Of a stretch of 64,000 bases of DNA, positions 53,185 through 63,346 are shown one piece after another. Location of the stretch: the IMG/VR virus record IMGVR_UViG_3300025585_000040, positions 13,652 to 77,651 of that record, one strand, 5' to 3'. A model generated the notes under the pieces. The model worked only from the letters and a program-made list of their open reading frames with translations, made no database searches and was not told where the DNA came from. Each line of letters opens with the position of its first letter. Position 1 is the first letter of the stretch. The translations under genes and the position numbers were made by a program. Origin of the DNA: a virus.

Positions 53185-54919
53185 AGGTTACCTCTTTTTG
53201 TAGGCTTTCGAGTGTTCGGTAAAGGAAGGGAGTGAGATCAAGTCTCGGATCCGCAGCCATCGGTAAATTCGGTTGCTGCGGATGTGGAGTCCGCATTTCT
53301 TGATTGACGAGATCAATAAATGCGGAGTAGGCCCTCTGTACTTCCCCTACCATTCGGAATGGGAAACCGGAGAGCATGCCCGCGATTTCGTCATCCGTTT
53401 TTGAAGGGAATAAATACTTCAGTGCTTCAATGCTATCAACCCCTAATTCCTGTAGGTTTCGGGTAAAGATAGACTGGTTTAATTTATCCTGTGCAGTATC
53501 TTCATACACAGGACCCATCCAGCGCCAGGCGATTGTTCGATCACCGTCTGGAGCAAGTCCAAGAACACCGTCAGGGACTTCTTTTGTTTCAATTGCTTGA
53601 TCAATCGCCTTTTGTAATTTCTTCTCGTAAGTAGCTTTCTGTTTCTCGTACTTCTGTTGAGCCGCTTCATCCTGTGGGTCTTCTGGCGGCGTTGGGTATT
53701 TAATTCCCGAAGCGTAAGCAAGTGACTTCCGGAAGATCTGCTCTTCCTGGAAAATCATTAATTCAAGACACTTGCAGATGCCATACGTGTACAGCATTAA
53801 ACACTTCTTCTTGGCTGTGGCACTGACGCGACCGTAGGCAGACTTGATCTCAGTTGCCGTGACGTTCGTAATGCTCAGATCATCAATACCACCTAACGCT
53901 AATCGGATCTCACTACGAAGCTGTTCCGAGTAACGAGATTGATCTGTACTGACAGCATTCGGCGTAATGAAGCCGACACGATCAGTTGGCTCCAAGTTTG
54001 CGATAACCCTAGGCACGCGCATGCCAGAACCCGGCCTCCCGATATAGCCAGGCTGCTGTCTAGTTACGTTGTCCTGCTTGTAAGTAGAGCTGGACAGGAA
54101 GAAATCTGATTGGAATCCAGATTGACTCGAAATGCTGGGCCGCTGTGCAGGATCAGTGTCAGCGCTCTCAACGATGTCCTGTTTTGGACGAGAAGAAAGT
54201 AACGTCGGATTACCGAAGAATGAGAGGTTTGCGCGAATGTTTTTAACCATCTCATCGTGGGCGATGATCTGATTCGCAAGCCACTCAAACTCACCGCTGC
54301 CGTCAGTACCAAAGGCGTCAGGATTGTTAAAAACTTCGACGCAAGGAATGAACTCCATGGAGTTAACCACGGTTTTCTTGTCGAAGATGCCATACTCCAA
54401 GGAAGGCATATCGAAAGAGATCTCTTGTTCACTGTGAAACTCTTCGATCTCAGTTGCAGTAATGCGAAGACGCATATACCGTTTATCTGTACTTAGTCCA
54501 ACACCCTGAAAACCCTTACTGGATTTAACCTTATAGGGATAAATGATGATGACTTCTTCTAACTCACCATCAGGAGAGTAGTAAGTTCGATAAGAATCTT
54601 TGTCGAACCAGTAAAGACGGTATGTCTTTTTAGTAGGTCGGATATAAAAGAGGCCCTTCCCGTACGTCAGAAATCGATCCCAAATGGAATCTAAACGTGC
54701 ATCAAGCTTGTTGAACTTAATGACTTGTTGAATAAAATCAAAACGCTGCGTACCGAAATTATCTTGCTCTGGATAGAACTCAACACCTTGGCGGATGCCA
54801 AACATACGCATCTGAGAAAGATGCGCGTTGACAAGCATGGTATCGGCTGGACCAGTACCATCACGAGTGATGACCGCCTTGAGGATAGAATCTAGAGTGG
54901 ATTTGGGACTATCGCTCAT
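52658..54919 (-). CDS. portal protein (C-terminal tail overlaps scaffold gene)
   Basis: Size and position after terminase; FIPCVEVFN..GSGEFE, TATEIK portal-like motifs. Confidence 0.75.
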   Translation of the reverse strand: MSDSPKSTLDSILKAVITRDGTGPADTMLVNAHLSQMRMFGIRQGVEFYPEQDNFGTQRFDFIQQVIKFNKLDARLDSIWDRFLTYGKGLFYIRPTKKTYRLYWFDKDSYRTYYSPDGELEEVIIIYPYKVKSSKGFQGVGLSTDKRYMRLRITATEIEEFHSEQEISFDMPSLEYGIFDKKTVVNSMEFIPCVEVFNNPDAFGTDGSGEFEWLANQIIAHDEMVKNIRANLSFFGNPTLLSSRPKQDIVESADTDPAQRPSISSQSGFQSDFFLSSSTYKQDNVTRQQPGYIGRPGSGMRVPRVIANLEPTDRVGFITPNAVSTDQSRYSEQLRSEIRLALGGIDDLSITNVTATEIKSAYGRVSATAKKKCLMLYTYGICKCLELMIFQEEQIFRKSLAYASGIKYPTPPEDPQDEAAQQKYEKQKATYEKKLQKAIDQAIETKEVPDGVLGLAPDGDRTIAWRWMGPVYEDTAQDKLNQSIFTRNLQELGVDSIEALKYLFPSKTDDEIAGMLSGFPFRMVGEVQRAYSAFIDLVNQEMRTPHPQQPNLPMAADPRLDLTPFLYRTLESLQKEVTYAGRYRNADPIGTPSIPDPADQLRGSGGADGGTSSGGFNQFPMGGTLPASGGPSPANAGPDGGERLPLSPYSVAVPSTPGAPTSGESVQGGVQQGGRAPEFARPIPVPGSTVSAESTGRPGQLRFPANSPVQQRGDADLYAFEQQQPGILQRLFPNFAGDQPPAAPRQRGKRSKS

Positions 54920-54937
54920 GGGTGATTGATCTCAAGA

Positions 54938-55120
54938 TTATTCTTCAATATCGTAGCCAGCGGCAATACGTTTGAGTGTAATTGTATCGTCCTCCACTTC
55001 GACATCAAACCGCTCGTTAGGTTGAAGCGCCATGTCGTGACACAGCTCGTCGGGTAGGGGAATAACAGCAGAGCCGTAAGCATCTTGCTCGAGCTCGATG
55101 GTGTAGTAGCTGGTGGACAT
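54938..55120 (-). CDS. AbrB/MazE-fold protein
   Basis: GSAVIPLPDELCHDMALQPNERFDVEVEDDTITLKR. Confidence 0.75.
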   Translation of the reverse strand: MSTSYYTIELEQDAYGSAVIPLPDELCHDMALQPNERFDVEVEDDTITLKRIAAGYDIEE

Positions 55121-55178
55121 TGGAAAAGGCTTCTCCTAGTTTAGGTCCAAAATACTTTATCCCTATTCACTTCTAAAT

Positions 55179-56702
55179 TTAAAATTCCAGTTCCAGCTTC
55201 CCACGGGTCATGAGGCCGTTGCAGAGCCAGACGAGAGCGTCGACACAATCGTCGTGTGAACTTACACCGAAGTTAACGATCTCATCAGTGAGTGGTCCGA
55301 AACGACGAAATTTATTAAAGATGATTTTTCGCTGCTCAAACAAACCCATAATACCTCGGAAACGAGCAACCTTGTCACCACGGAAACCCTTGATGGCGTG
55401 CCAGTTCAAGTTGTACAGACCATGATCACCTAAACAGATCCGCTTGAAATCTGCTTCCAAGGAAGCCTGATAGGCCACAGCCTCCGACCAAATATCCACA
55501 TTACTGCCAGTGGGGAAATACCGTCCGTTGTCCTTGTGAACAACACCCCACTCCTCCATCATCTCCATGAGAGCCTCTAATTTCTCGAGGTTACCCATGA
55601 TTCGAATCCGTTTACAGTCGACAATGTGTATCTTGTCTCCGACACGACCACCCATGACAAAAACCGTATAGTCGTTTTGTTCTCTAACGCCAGCAGATAA
55701 ATCAACTCCAACCCCAAGGGAATCAAATTGCGTGGCGATAGTCCCTTTCACAATTAAGTCAGGAGACAGTGAAAGTTCACTAGTTTGTACGATCTGGTTT
55801 TGATACTGGAAGCTGAACGCAATTGGGGCCATGCGTCGGCGATCTTGTAAGTATTCCAAAGACCACATCTCAGGCCAATAAGAAACTTCATCACCTTCCT
55901 CATCAGGAATAATCGCAGATTGAACCAGCTGAACCCAATCATTAGCAGGAATGAAGGTGGTACCGTGCATATCGTCATGGCGGAATCGCGTACCCAGGCA
56001 AATTGCCCGACCACCTTCAAACATGGTGGGAACAATAACTGAGTTCCAGTTATCTTCCATTGCCGCTCGAATATCTCTATTTTTAATTTCATCGGCAGAT
56101 TTGCAAATGTCGTCGATGATACAAAGATGAGAACGTTTCGAGGTCACAGCACCCTTTAGACCTGCGCAACAAACAGTAAACTCTTCCTCACCAGTGGACT
56201 TGATTCCGGCGAACTTCCAATCAATACTCCAGTATTCATTTGAATTGATTCCCTTGGCAATCTTCACCATCGGGAAAATTTCGCCATACGTTTTACTTTC
56301 TTCGATGATTCGTTTAATTGCGGCACTTTTCGGTCGCGCAACGTCGATGGTATAAGAGATATAAAGAATTTTCAAGGGCATCTTGTGAAGCGCGTGGACG
56401 CCAATCGTCCAAGCGGTAAACAAGCCTAAGACCGAAGATTTAGCACTACCCCTAGGAGCGAGAATATCGATATTGGGTCCGGCGATGCCTTTTAAGCAGA
56501 CAGAATCTTGTTCAGTGCAAAGATGTTTGTGCCACTCCAGGTGATGTCGCGCTGGAGGCTTATCACCAACTACATCACAAAAATAAGCAAAATCTGTCCG
56601 CGCTCTCTCTATATCAACCGTAGTCGTTTGCTTTACGACACGCTTCTGCGCAGCAGCACGAGCTGTACGACGATAAACAGAATAGATACTGGTGCCCGCC
56701 AC
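55179..56702 (-). CDS. terL: terminase large subunit
   Basis: Walker A APRGSAKS, Walker B IIDD, GTR coupling motif, nuclease GVDLS, DYT and HDDCVDA. Confidence 0.92.
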   Translation of the reverse strand: MAGTSIYSVYRRTARAAAQKRVVKQTTTVDIERARTDFAYFCDVVGDKPPARHHLEWHKHLCTEQDSVCLKGIAGPNIDILAPRGSAKSSVLGLFTAWTIGVHALHKMPLKILYISYTIDVARPKSAAIKRIIEESKTYGEIFPMVKIAKGINSNEYWSIDWKFAGIKSTGEEEFTVCCAGLKGAVTSKRSHLCIIDDICKSADEIKNRDIRAAMEDNWNSVIVPTMFEGGRAICLGTRFRHDDMHGTTFIPANDWVQLVQSAIIPDEEGDEVSYWPEMWSLEYLQDRRRMAPIAFSFQYQNQIVQTSELSLSPDLIVKGTIATQFDSLGVGVDLSAGVREQNDYTVFVMGGRVGDKIHIVDCKRIRIMGNLEKLEALMEMMEEWGVVHKDNGRYFPTGSNVDIWSEAVAYQASLEADFKRICLGDHGLYNLNWHAIKGFRGDKVARFRGIMGLFEQRKIIFNKFRRFGPLTDEIVNFGVSSHDDCVDALVWLCNGLMTRGKLELEF

Positions 56703-56745
56703 ACTTACAGTTCATCACTATGCCCGTAGCATAGCGTACTGCTTT

Positions 56746-57231
56746 TTAAGATTCTTCCTGAAGGATCTTAGTCCAGACGCCCATCGAAGCTTCCTGCAAA
56801 GGGCCTTCGATGGGATCATCTCGGAAGATAGATAACATCTCCCGCAGCGCCCGGTCTGCGCCAGCGAGGATCAAACCTTGTTTATCCATCAGGATTTTCT
56901 CGTCGTTCAGCTGCTTAATTGCTCCGCGTAATTCTTTTTGTAGCATGGCAATACGAGATGTCCCCATGTCTTGTTTGACCATCCCCATATCAATTGCGTC
57001 GCGCAGCTTGGCGATATCCTGCTGCATGGAGTCAATCTCCATCTCAAGGAGTCCATTAAAGTCTCTTTTTTTATATTCTTTTCGCGACCACTCATCGCAA
57101 TCCACGATGCTGCCTGTAAACCCTAGAAAACGGGCATACAGGTACATTTGAATAGGAGAGCTGGCTCTTTTACAGAATGCTAAGAAGGATTCGCGGTCTT
57201 TGTCGGTTAAACCTCGAATCCATTCCGTCAT
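56746..57231 (-). CDS. helical protein upstream of terL, terminase small subunit candidate
   Basis: Position, size and coiled-coil content. Confidence 0.45.
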   Translation of the reverse strand: MTEWIRGLTDKDRESFLAFCKRASSPIQMYLYARFLGFTGSIVDCDEWSRKEYKKRDFNGLLEMEIDSMQQDIAKLRDAIDMGMVKQDMGTSRIAMLQKELRGAIKQLNDEKILMDKQGLILAGADRALREMLSIFRDDPIEGPLQEASMGVWTKILQEES

Positions 57232-57680
57232 GTTCGGTACTGGCTCTGCGCCTGCTCGTAATCTCTGTTCTCTTTATAGCGCCTAAACATCTCTTGTTGC
57301 AAGTCAGTGAGACGAGTTTCCTTACCGGCTGTTTCCAGGCCAGCACGATACTCGGTACCAGTAGCAGCAATTCCTAGGCGCTCCTGTTCGCCGCCAGTGA
57401 CTGTACTAGCACGTTCTTCTTCACCTGCTTTACCTAAGCGTAGACGCTCTTCGGCACCAATCGCCTGGGTTTTACGGATGTCCTGGCCAGTGAAGAATTC
57501 TGCGTTCGTGCGGTCCAGCTGCGCACCGAGCTCCATATTGAGTCGTTGTTGAGCACCGCTGACCTCATTCAATGCAGTCTGAGTTTGGAGCGACTGCGTG
57601 GGGACAGGAGTCGGTGGCGCTGGTGGTGGCGGAGCCGGCGCATATTCAATCTTCGGGGAAGGTGCCCTTCTGGAGCCCAT
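57228..57680 (-). CDS. putative virion protein
   Basis: Pro-rich N-terminus, repeated GxEER units. Confidence 0.55.
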   Translation of the reverse strand: MGSRRAPSPKIEYAPAPPPPAPPTPVPTQSLQTQTALNEVSGAQQRLNMELGAQLDRTNAEFFTGQDIRKTQAIGAEERLRLGKAGEEERASTVTGGEQERLGIAATGTEYRAGLETAGKETRLTDLQQEMFRRYKENRDYEQAQSQYRT

Positions 57681-57722
57681 AATTAGTGTCTCGCTTCTGT
57701 CAGTTTAACAACAGTATCAATG

Positions 57723-58334
57723 TCAAGCCGCTTGGATGTACTTACCAGCGAAACTACCGGCAAACTGTTTGGCTGCCTGTTGTTGGAGCGCCGTAGCTTG
57801 TTGACGCGCAGCTTCCGCATTTGCGGCAGAAGACACCTGTGCCTGCTTTGAGGCCATGATGTTTTGTACTGAACTAGGAAGTTGCTCTTTGAATACACCA
57901 AACTCTTTGCTGGCAGCAAGATTACGAGCGGTTGATTCTGCTCCCGCTGCACTCAGATAAGGATAAAGACTGGCAAGCTGCTCTCGAGTTAAACGAGAAG
58001 ATAATCTAGCCTGCTGTTCTTGCTCGGCAAGACGTAGCGGCGAGGTAGCGGTGTAAAAATCATAGTATTCCTGAGCACGCGGACTCAGTGAAGGAAGGGC
58101 AGAATCGATTCCGGATAGTAAATCTTGATCCCGTTTACCACTCTGAAAATCAAGCCCAACCATAGGGTATGGAATTGCAGAGAAATCAGTGGTAGGTAAC
58201 GGCTCTTTAAATTCTTTTGAAACTTTGCCCTTACCGTATTCCGGTAATGGCGCTCTAAAAGGAGTGCCTACCGGAAATCCCTGGATTGGTTGGAAAAACG
58301 GCGAATCAGGACCACTCCAAATAGAGGCGTTCAT
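57723..58334 (-). CDS. putative internal virion/ejection protein
   Basis: Ala/Gln-rich C-terminal helix. Confidence 0.55.
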   Translation of the reverse strand: MNASIWSGPDSPFFQPIQGFPVGTPFRAPLPEYGKGKVSKEFKEPLPTTDFSAIPYPMVGLDFQSGKRDQDLLSGIDSALPSLSPRAQEYYDFYTATSPLRLAEQEQQARLSSRLTREQLASLYPYLSAAGAESTARNLAASKEFGVFKEQLPSSVQNIMASKQAQVSSAANAEAARQQATALQQQAAKQFAGSFAGKYIQAA

Positions 58335-58335
58335 A

Positions 58336-59079
58336 TCAGCTGTATTGATACTGTTGGGTTAAAGCAGCGCCAGCCTGCGATGCAGCATTCAGGCCCATCT
58401 GCTGGGCAGCCTGTTGACTACGCTCAAGCATGTTGGCAGCGGTCAGAATATTCTGGCGGATACCAGCGGCAGCCATCTGGCGTTGGAATTCAGTTTTGGA
58501 ACGTGCCTCGGACGCCTTGAACAGTTCGGGCATCAGCTTGCGCATGTTGGCCAGTTGAACGTCTCCTTCCAGGAGTTGCGCAGTACGGCCAGCACCAAAT
58601 GCACCTGCGGGATTGACGATATCAACAGTCCCATAAGGGGACGCACCGACAGGCAGCCCACCAGGAACAGCGGAACCTGCGTCATAAGTTGCTTGCCCAG
58701 GTTGCATAGCGGGGATGGTTAAACCAGCGGCACCACCAGCTGCAGAACGTGCGGGACCTGCAGCACCGGATGCAAGTTTGCCTGCTAAAGCAGGTGCGGC
58801 CATCAAGCCCAATCCAGCAGCCGCTGCCCCTGCAGCACCTGGGATTTGAGTGAGGAGAGAGGTTCCGGTTTGCGCGGCCTGCCTTTGAAGCAGCCCACCA
58901 AGTGCGGTCTTACTGAGCGCACCTGCGCCTAATCCGCCAAGAGCGGTCCCGGCCATTCGAAAACCGACGGGAGTAGCAGCTCCAAGACCAGCGCCAAGGG
59001 CTGCTGCACCAATATCGCCACCGCTACGACGATAACCTTCGATGCCGCCTAAAAGAGCACCTGCAATAGGAAGTAACAT
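58336..59079 (-). CDS. putative ejection (pilot-like) protein
   Basis: Gly/Ala hydrophobic N-terminus plus Gln-rich coiled coil. Confidence 0.6.
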   Translation of the reverse strand: MLLPIAGALLGGIEGYRRSGGDIGAAALGAGLGAATPVGFRMAGTALGGLGAGALSKTALGGLLQRQAAQTGTSLLTQIPGAAGAAAAGLGLMAAPALAGKLASGAAGPARSAAGGAAGLTIPAMQPGQATYDAGSAVPGGLPVGASPYGTVDIVNPAGAFGAGRTAQLLEGDVQLANMRKLMPELFKASEARSKTEFQRQMAAAGIRQNILTAANMLERSQQAAQQMGLNAASQAGAALTQQYQYS

Positions 59080-59120
59080 TCTTTTATGTCTTCTTGATTG
59101 TTATTTTAAACCCGATAATC

Positions 59121-59585
59121 TCACCAGCCGGTGCGAGAAGCTGCACTCAATCCAGCAGAAACGACCGGGCCCACACCAGGAATTAAACTAGCGAAAGGAG
59201 CGGCGACACCTGCTATCTTACTAAACATTCCAGATTCACCCTGTACACCAGGGATATACATCGGGCTGAATTGCTGAGGATATATCGCCCCTAAATTATC
59301 TAAAATTTGTCCACTTCCACCTCGGCTCCACTCGCCACCAAATCCACGGTCTGCCCCGAAACGGCCACCGCCTCCTTCTTCCTCTACCTGTGAGCGATAC
59401 TTATCTCTTTTTTTGGCTTTATCAAATAAACTTTCAAAAAGCCCAGTTTTATCGATTTCTGGAGTTTGGTTCCAGTCAGTGCCTTTAGAAAAGGATCCCC
59501 AGTCAAAAGAACCCTTGATCGAAGGCGCATCATCACCCAAAGGATTTTTATAACCTGGAGCGATATCTCCGTAACTTATTGCCAT
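59121..59585 (-). CDS. putative internal virion protein
   Basis: C-terminal SLIPGVGPVVSAGL membrane-active pattern. Confidence 0.55.
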   Translation of the reverse strand: MAISYGDIAPGYKNPLGDDAPSIKGSFDWGSFSKGTDWNQTPEIDKTGLFESLFDKAKKRDKYRSQVEEEGGGGRFGADRGFGGEWSRGGSGQILDNLGAIYPQQFSPMYIPGVQGESGMFSKIAGVAAPFASLIPGVGPVVSAGLSAASRTGW

Positions 59586-59589
59586 GATC

Positions 59590-60141
59590 CTAATAACTTA
59601 CAGGGGCGAAAATTTTATTAGATAACCCCATAATATCTAATCCAGATCCAGCAGCTCCTGACAACGTACCCGCACCTTGTTGGGCTGCTTGTCGTGCTTG
59701 AATTAACTGTAACTGATGTTCAAATTTCTGTTGCTCCAACATAGACTCAGCTACCGTCTGATTTGTCATTGGAGATAAACCAGGGGTATAACGTTGGTTT
59801 GCATACGACACCTGAGTACCTACCCTTTGAACAGGTAAAGAATATTGAGACTGTGCGTAAAGATTAGTAGGTTGCTGGAGGGCACGATTAAGTAACGCGG
59901 CGCCTCCAGCGGCAACTCCTGCAGCGGCAAGCGGAGTTGCAGCACCAGCAACTTTTGCGATTGTTTCGGGATTGCGTGCTGCAATGCCCATGATGCCCGG
60001 AGCATCGACGGCCTCACTAGCGCCTGTAAGTTTATTTAAAACCTTTTGTTCAATTGCAGAACTCGCTAGCGGCCCTAGAACTTTAAAAAAGTCCCCAAGT
60101 GCCTTTCCTGCCATCCGAGTAGCCGCCCCAGCCGCCATCAC
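59590..60141 (-). CDS. putative internal virion/ejection protein
   Basis: Ala/Gly-rich with Gln-rich helix. Confidence 0.55.
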   Translation of the reverse strand: MMAAGAATRMAGKALGDFFKVLGPLASSAIEQKVLNKLTGASEAVDAPGIMGIAARNPETIAKVAGAATPLAAAGVAAGGAALLNRALQQPTNLYAQSQYSLPVQRVGTQVSYANQRYTPGLSPMTNQTVAESMLEQQKFEHQLQLIQARQAAQQGAGTLSGAAGSGLDIMGLSNKIFAPVSY

Positions 60142-60584
60142 ACTGATACTCCTTGATTTGGGAATTTACCTGCAGTATTTGGATCTTTCTCGTTAGATCC
60201 TGCATCGGCATATTGTGTACTGATTCTAGCCAGGCTACCTCTTGTCACTGCTCGATCTTCTTCTACAAGACCACGAGAGATCGCCTCAGCATACTTTTTG
60301 GCAAAATCTTTAGCAAATGATTGATCACCTGGATTAGCAAAATTTGGTTCGTCTGTGCCAGCAGCCGCATCAATCTTCGCTTGTGACTGCGGTACAACCT
60401 TTTCAAACGTACGGTTAGTGTAAAAGTTGGCGTAATCTGGGTTATCTTTTACTTCTGCGGCCCACGGATCCCGAATGGGGTCAGCAGTTCGGTTTGGCCC
60501 CAAGGTTCCTGAGTAAGGGCTTTCCCCAGCGCGGAAAAACTTTTCAGCTGGTGAAGGATAATTTTTGTTGAAAATACTAGACAC
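60138..60584 (-). CDS. hypothetical protein
   Basis: Coupled to next gene. Confidence 0.5.
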   Translation of the reverse strand: MSSIFNKNYPSPAEKFFRAGESPYSGTLGPNRTADPIRDPWAAEVKDNPDYANFYTNRTFEKVVPQSQAKIDAAAGTDEPNFANPGDQSFAKDFAKKYAEAISRGLVEEDRAVTRGSLARISTQYADAGSNEKDPNTAGKFPNQGVSV

Positions 60585-60590
60585 TTAGGA

Positions 60591-60791
60591 TTAACCTTCT
60601 TTTTTCTTGCGAAGTTTACTCAGAGTCTTTGCCAAGTTTGCCTGTTTGACCGTACGCTCATCATATTCTTCAGGATTTGAAGATACTCTAGAAGCATATT
60701 CGGCTGTCGACATCCCAGCTTCTTCAGCTTTCCTTGAAAAAGCACCGGGGCGTTTAACAGCTCCCTGAATCCACTTCTCGTCGCCAGCCAT
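60591..60791 (-). CDS. small basic protein
   Basis: KWIQGAVKRPGAF...ANLAKTL phage basic-protein pattern. Confidence 0.7.
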   Translation of the reverse strand: MAGDEKWIQGAVKRPGAFSRKAEEAGMSTAEYASRVSSNPEEYDERTVKQANLAKTLSKLRKKKEG

Positions 60792-60817
60792 GATTTAACG
60801 TAATAAGTACTATTTTA

Positions 60818-61201
60818 TCAGGATTCGGCGTCAACCTTAGCGGCGATCACCTTGGCAGCCTGGAGTTCAGTAGAAGACGCTTCAAAAGCACGGACTTTAT
60901 CGGCAGCTACTTGGGGTAACCAATTCTTCGCCATGTCCATAGCGAGCTTCTTAATCTCGACTGCGGTCAACTTACCATCGGCAACAGTTTCGATTGCCAT
61001 CTCAAAAGCGCGATCTACTTTAGATCCGTCCCAGCGAGCAAGGTTTTGATCCAGGACAGGATCGATGATGTCGTAAGCCTTTTTTACGATGGGGCCATAC
61101 CGAAACAGATTAAGTGCAGTTGTATTTCCTTTCAACCAGGCAGCAAGTGCTGCGGCGCCAGCACCGATAAGCGCAGCAATGACGGGTTCCAGAAAGGACA
61201 T
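60818..61201 (-). CDS. membrane-anchored protein, holin-like
   Basis: N-terminal TM helix; GGAG SD. Confidence 0.5.
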   Translation of the reverse strand: MSFLEPVIAALIGAGAAALAAWLKGNTTALNLFRYGPIVKKAYDIIDPVLDQNLARWDGSKVDRAFEMAIETVADGKLTAVEIKKLAMDMAKNWLPQVAADKVRAFEASSTELQAAKVIAAKVDAES

Positions 61202-61234
61202 GATTTACTCCCTATCTCTGTATTTTTATCCTAC

Positions 61235-62878
61235 TCAGAGTAAGCCTGCGCGACGTGCGGCGGCACGCTGCTCTAGCTCCTGCATAATCTGCTTCGTTTC
61301 AAAGTGCCGTTCAGCCTGTTCTTTCATCCGTGCAGATTTACCCATTCCGGCAGCAGTGATATCTGCATCACTCATCAAACCGGCGTAAACAGGTTGACGC
61401 TTTTCTCGGATCATGCCACCACTCTCGACAGCTTTCTGAAGACCCATTTGATGAGCTAAAGCTTGGTTGGCGGCAATTCCCGCAACACTGCCCATTGATT
61501 CAGGGAAACCTTCTTCTGCGTAGTCCCGCATTGTCAGACGGTACGGGTCCGAAGTGGCGTAGGCATATTCGACGGGCTTACCACGGCTCTTCATCTCAAC
61601 ACCTACTTCGCCACCGGGATAAAATGTCATGCCGCTGACAGCTTTGCTCCGTTCAGAGGGAATTGTGTAAGAAGCCAAAGGGCCTTGTTGTTGACTCATT
61701 GCACTAAGAAACTCATTTGGACTGATCTTACCTTCTTTGACAACACGAGTCTCGGTAGGCTGAACAGTTACGACAGGAGAACTGACACTCTTTTTAGTCA
61801 GTAGCGAAACGGCTTGCTCCAGGGGGAGGTGGCCAAAAGCTTTCTTAGCTAGTTCAATGGTTTCAGGAGCAGCAGTCTCGATCACTGAAGGTTCAGATTT
61901 CACCGCAACTGCAACAGGTTCCTTAACTACAGTTACTTTCGTAGGTGCAGCCATCTCGGCAATAGGACTGTCAACCTCTACGGGTTCAACGCCTACTACG
62001 CGTGTGGTGGGCACAGGACGAACACCAGAAATTACGACTTCTGCTCCAGGGGCTCCTACAAGTTCTTCCGGTTCCATGGATGCGCCAGCACCACGCATCA
62101 TCGTCGCGTATTCAGGAGTCTGTCGGAACGATTGAGCGGCTTGAACTGATTTCATGCCGATCGGGCTGATTCCCTCTTCACGCCCCTCTTTTAAAACATC
62201 CTTAAGAACACGTTCACCCCTTCCAGCAATGCCAGCAGCATATTCAGCAACGGATTGATCAATTCTTTTTTGAGCCCGTTGTTCTGCACTAACACCACCG
62301 AGGAACTCGGCGATTAACTCATCAGCGCGATCACGAACAGGGCTGTATGGCGCTTCTTTTGTGGTGAGCTGCTCGATTTCAGTCCCAGGGGTGAAAGTTT
62401 GGCTAGAAGTAATAACCTCACTTTGAGTCGCTGGTTTTTGTTCTGACGAAACAACCGTCGGCTTAGCAGGAGATACGCCCCGGAGTTCCTGCATGGTCGA
62501 AGTCTGGTGCGGAACAATGTCCTGCCCATAACGATCTGCAGTGGTCGGCGGTGTTATATCTGCAGGCTGAACAGCTGCAGGATTTGCCACAGGCTCAGGA
62601 GAAGAGGGAACGCCAGGCTCATCATCAAGATTGAGTCGCTTATACCCTTCGGCTCCAAGATAGGCCGCGCCAGCGATTGCGCCAGCAGCAAGCGCGGTCT
62701 TACCAATTACATCGACGGCTTTTCTTAAAGGACTCATTTGAATCCCACCGCGACGGCCGATGCCACGGGTGAACTGATAAACTTCCGGAGCGAGTGCCAT
62801 CCGCTCGGCAGGAGTGCTGGGATATGGATTGCCTGTGAGGTCGGACCAAAGTGCAAAGTCCTGCGGAGATACAGGCAT
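61235..62878 (-). CDS. large low-complexity hypothetical protein
   Basis: 547 aa, first gene of the - strand block. Confidence 0.6.
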   Translation of the reverse strand: MPVSPQDFALWSDLTGNPYPSTPAERMALAPEVYQFTRGIGRRGGIQMSPLRKAVDVIGKTALAAGAIAGAAYLGAEGYKRLNLDDEPGVPSSPEPVANPAAVQPADITPPTTADRYGQDIVPHQTSTMQELRGVSPAKPTVVSSEQKPATQSEVITSSQTFTPGTEIEQLTTKEAPYSPVRDRADELIAEFLGGVSAEQRAQKRIDQSVAEYAAGIAGRGERVLKDVLKEGREEGISPIGMKSVQAAQSFRQTPEYATMMRGAGASMEPEELVGAPGAEVVISGVRPVPTTRVVGVEPVEVDSPIAEMAAPTKVTVVKEPVAVAVKSEPSVIETAAPETIELAKKAFGHLPLEQAVSLLTKKSVSSPVVTVQPTETRVVKEGKISPNEFLSAMSQQQGPLASYTIPSERSKAVSGMTFYPGGEVGVEMKSRGKPVEYAYATSDPYRLTMRDYAEEGFPESMGSVAGIAANQALAHQMGLQKAVESGGMIREKRQPVYAGLMSDADITAAGMGKSARMKEQAERHFETKQIMQELEQRAAARRAGLL

Positions 62879-63140
62879 TTTTATAAATACGTTATCTAGA
62901 TATAAGTGATTTTAGATCGAGTCAATACGCCAATTCTTTTAACCCTACCGGCCCTTATAGGGGGTCATTTTTGGGAAAATTTTCCGGCAGCTATCTGGCC
63001 CGCCTGTCACAAAACTTTACATACCAGGAAAAAAAGAAAGGTATGTGAAGAATTGCAACATTCTGGCCGGACGGGTCGGCGATGGGCTAGGGTGAGCGAA
63101 GCGGACCTAGAAGCCGCTACGTTCAATCGAACCTCGACAA

Positions 63141-63293
63141 ATGAACATCAACGAGCGTGCCTCGAAGGCCGAGATTCTCTCGGCTGCTGTTGAGCTGACT
63201 GACAGTCAGGCTCAGCAGATCGAGTCGCTGACTGAGCAGCGCACGGTGCTGTTTGTGCTCCTCGGAGTGCTGACGATCCTGCAGCTGCTGTAG
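63141..63293 (+). CDS. small early membrane protein (50 aa, not in ORF track)
   Basis: MNINERASKAEILSAAVEL...VLFVLLGVLTILQLL. Confidence 0.65.
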   Translation: MNINERASKAEILSAAVELTDSQAQQIESLTEQRTVLFVLLGVLTILQLL

Positions 63294-63303
63294 ACTGAGC
63301 ACC

Positions 63304-63343
63304 GGCCCCGGCAACGGGGCCACTTCATTCCACCTAGCAAGGA
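63304..63343 (+). repeat. intergenic module copy 1: GC hairpin + 21-nt leader
   Basis: GGCCCCG-GCAA-CGGGGCC then CTTCATTCCACCTAGCAAGGA. Confidence 0.8.
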
Positions 63344-63346
63344 ACC

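Noticed and set aside
62880-63100. Physical genome terminus or pac site
   Set aside because: Suggested by the strand and composition switch, but no terminal repeat can be shown within this window.
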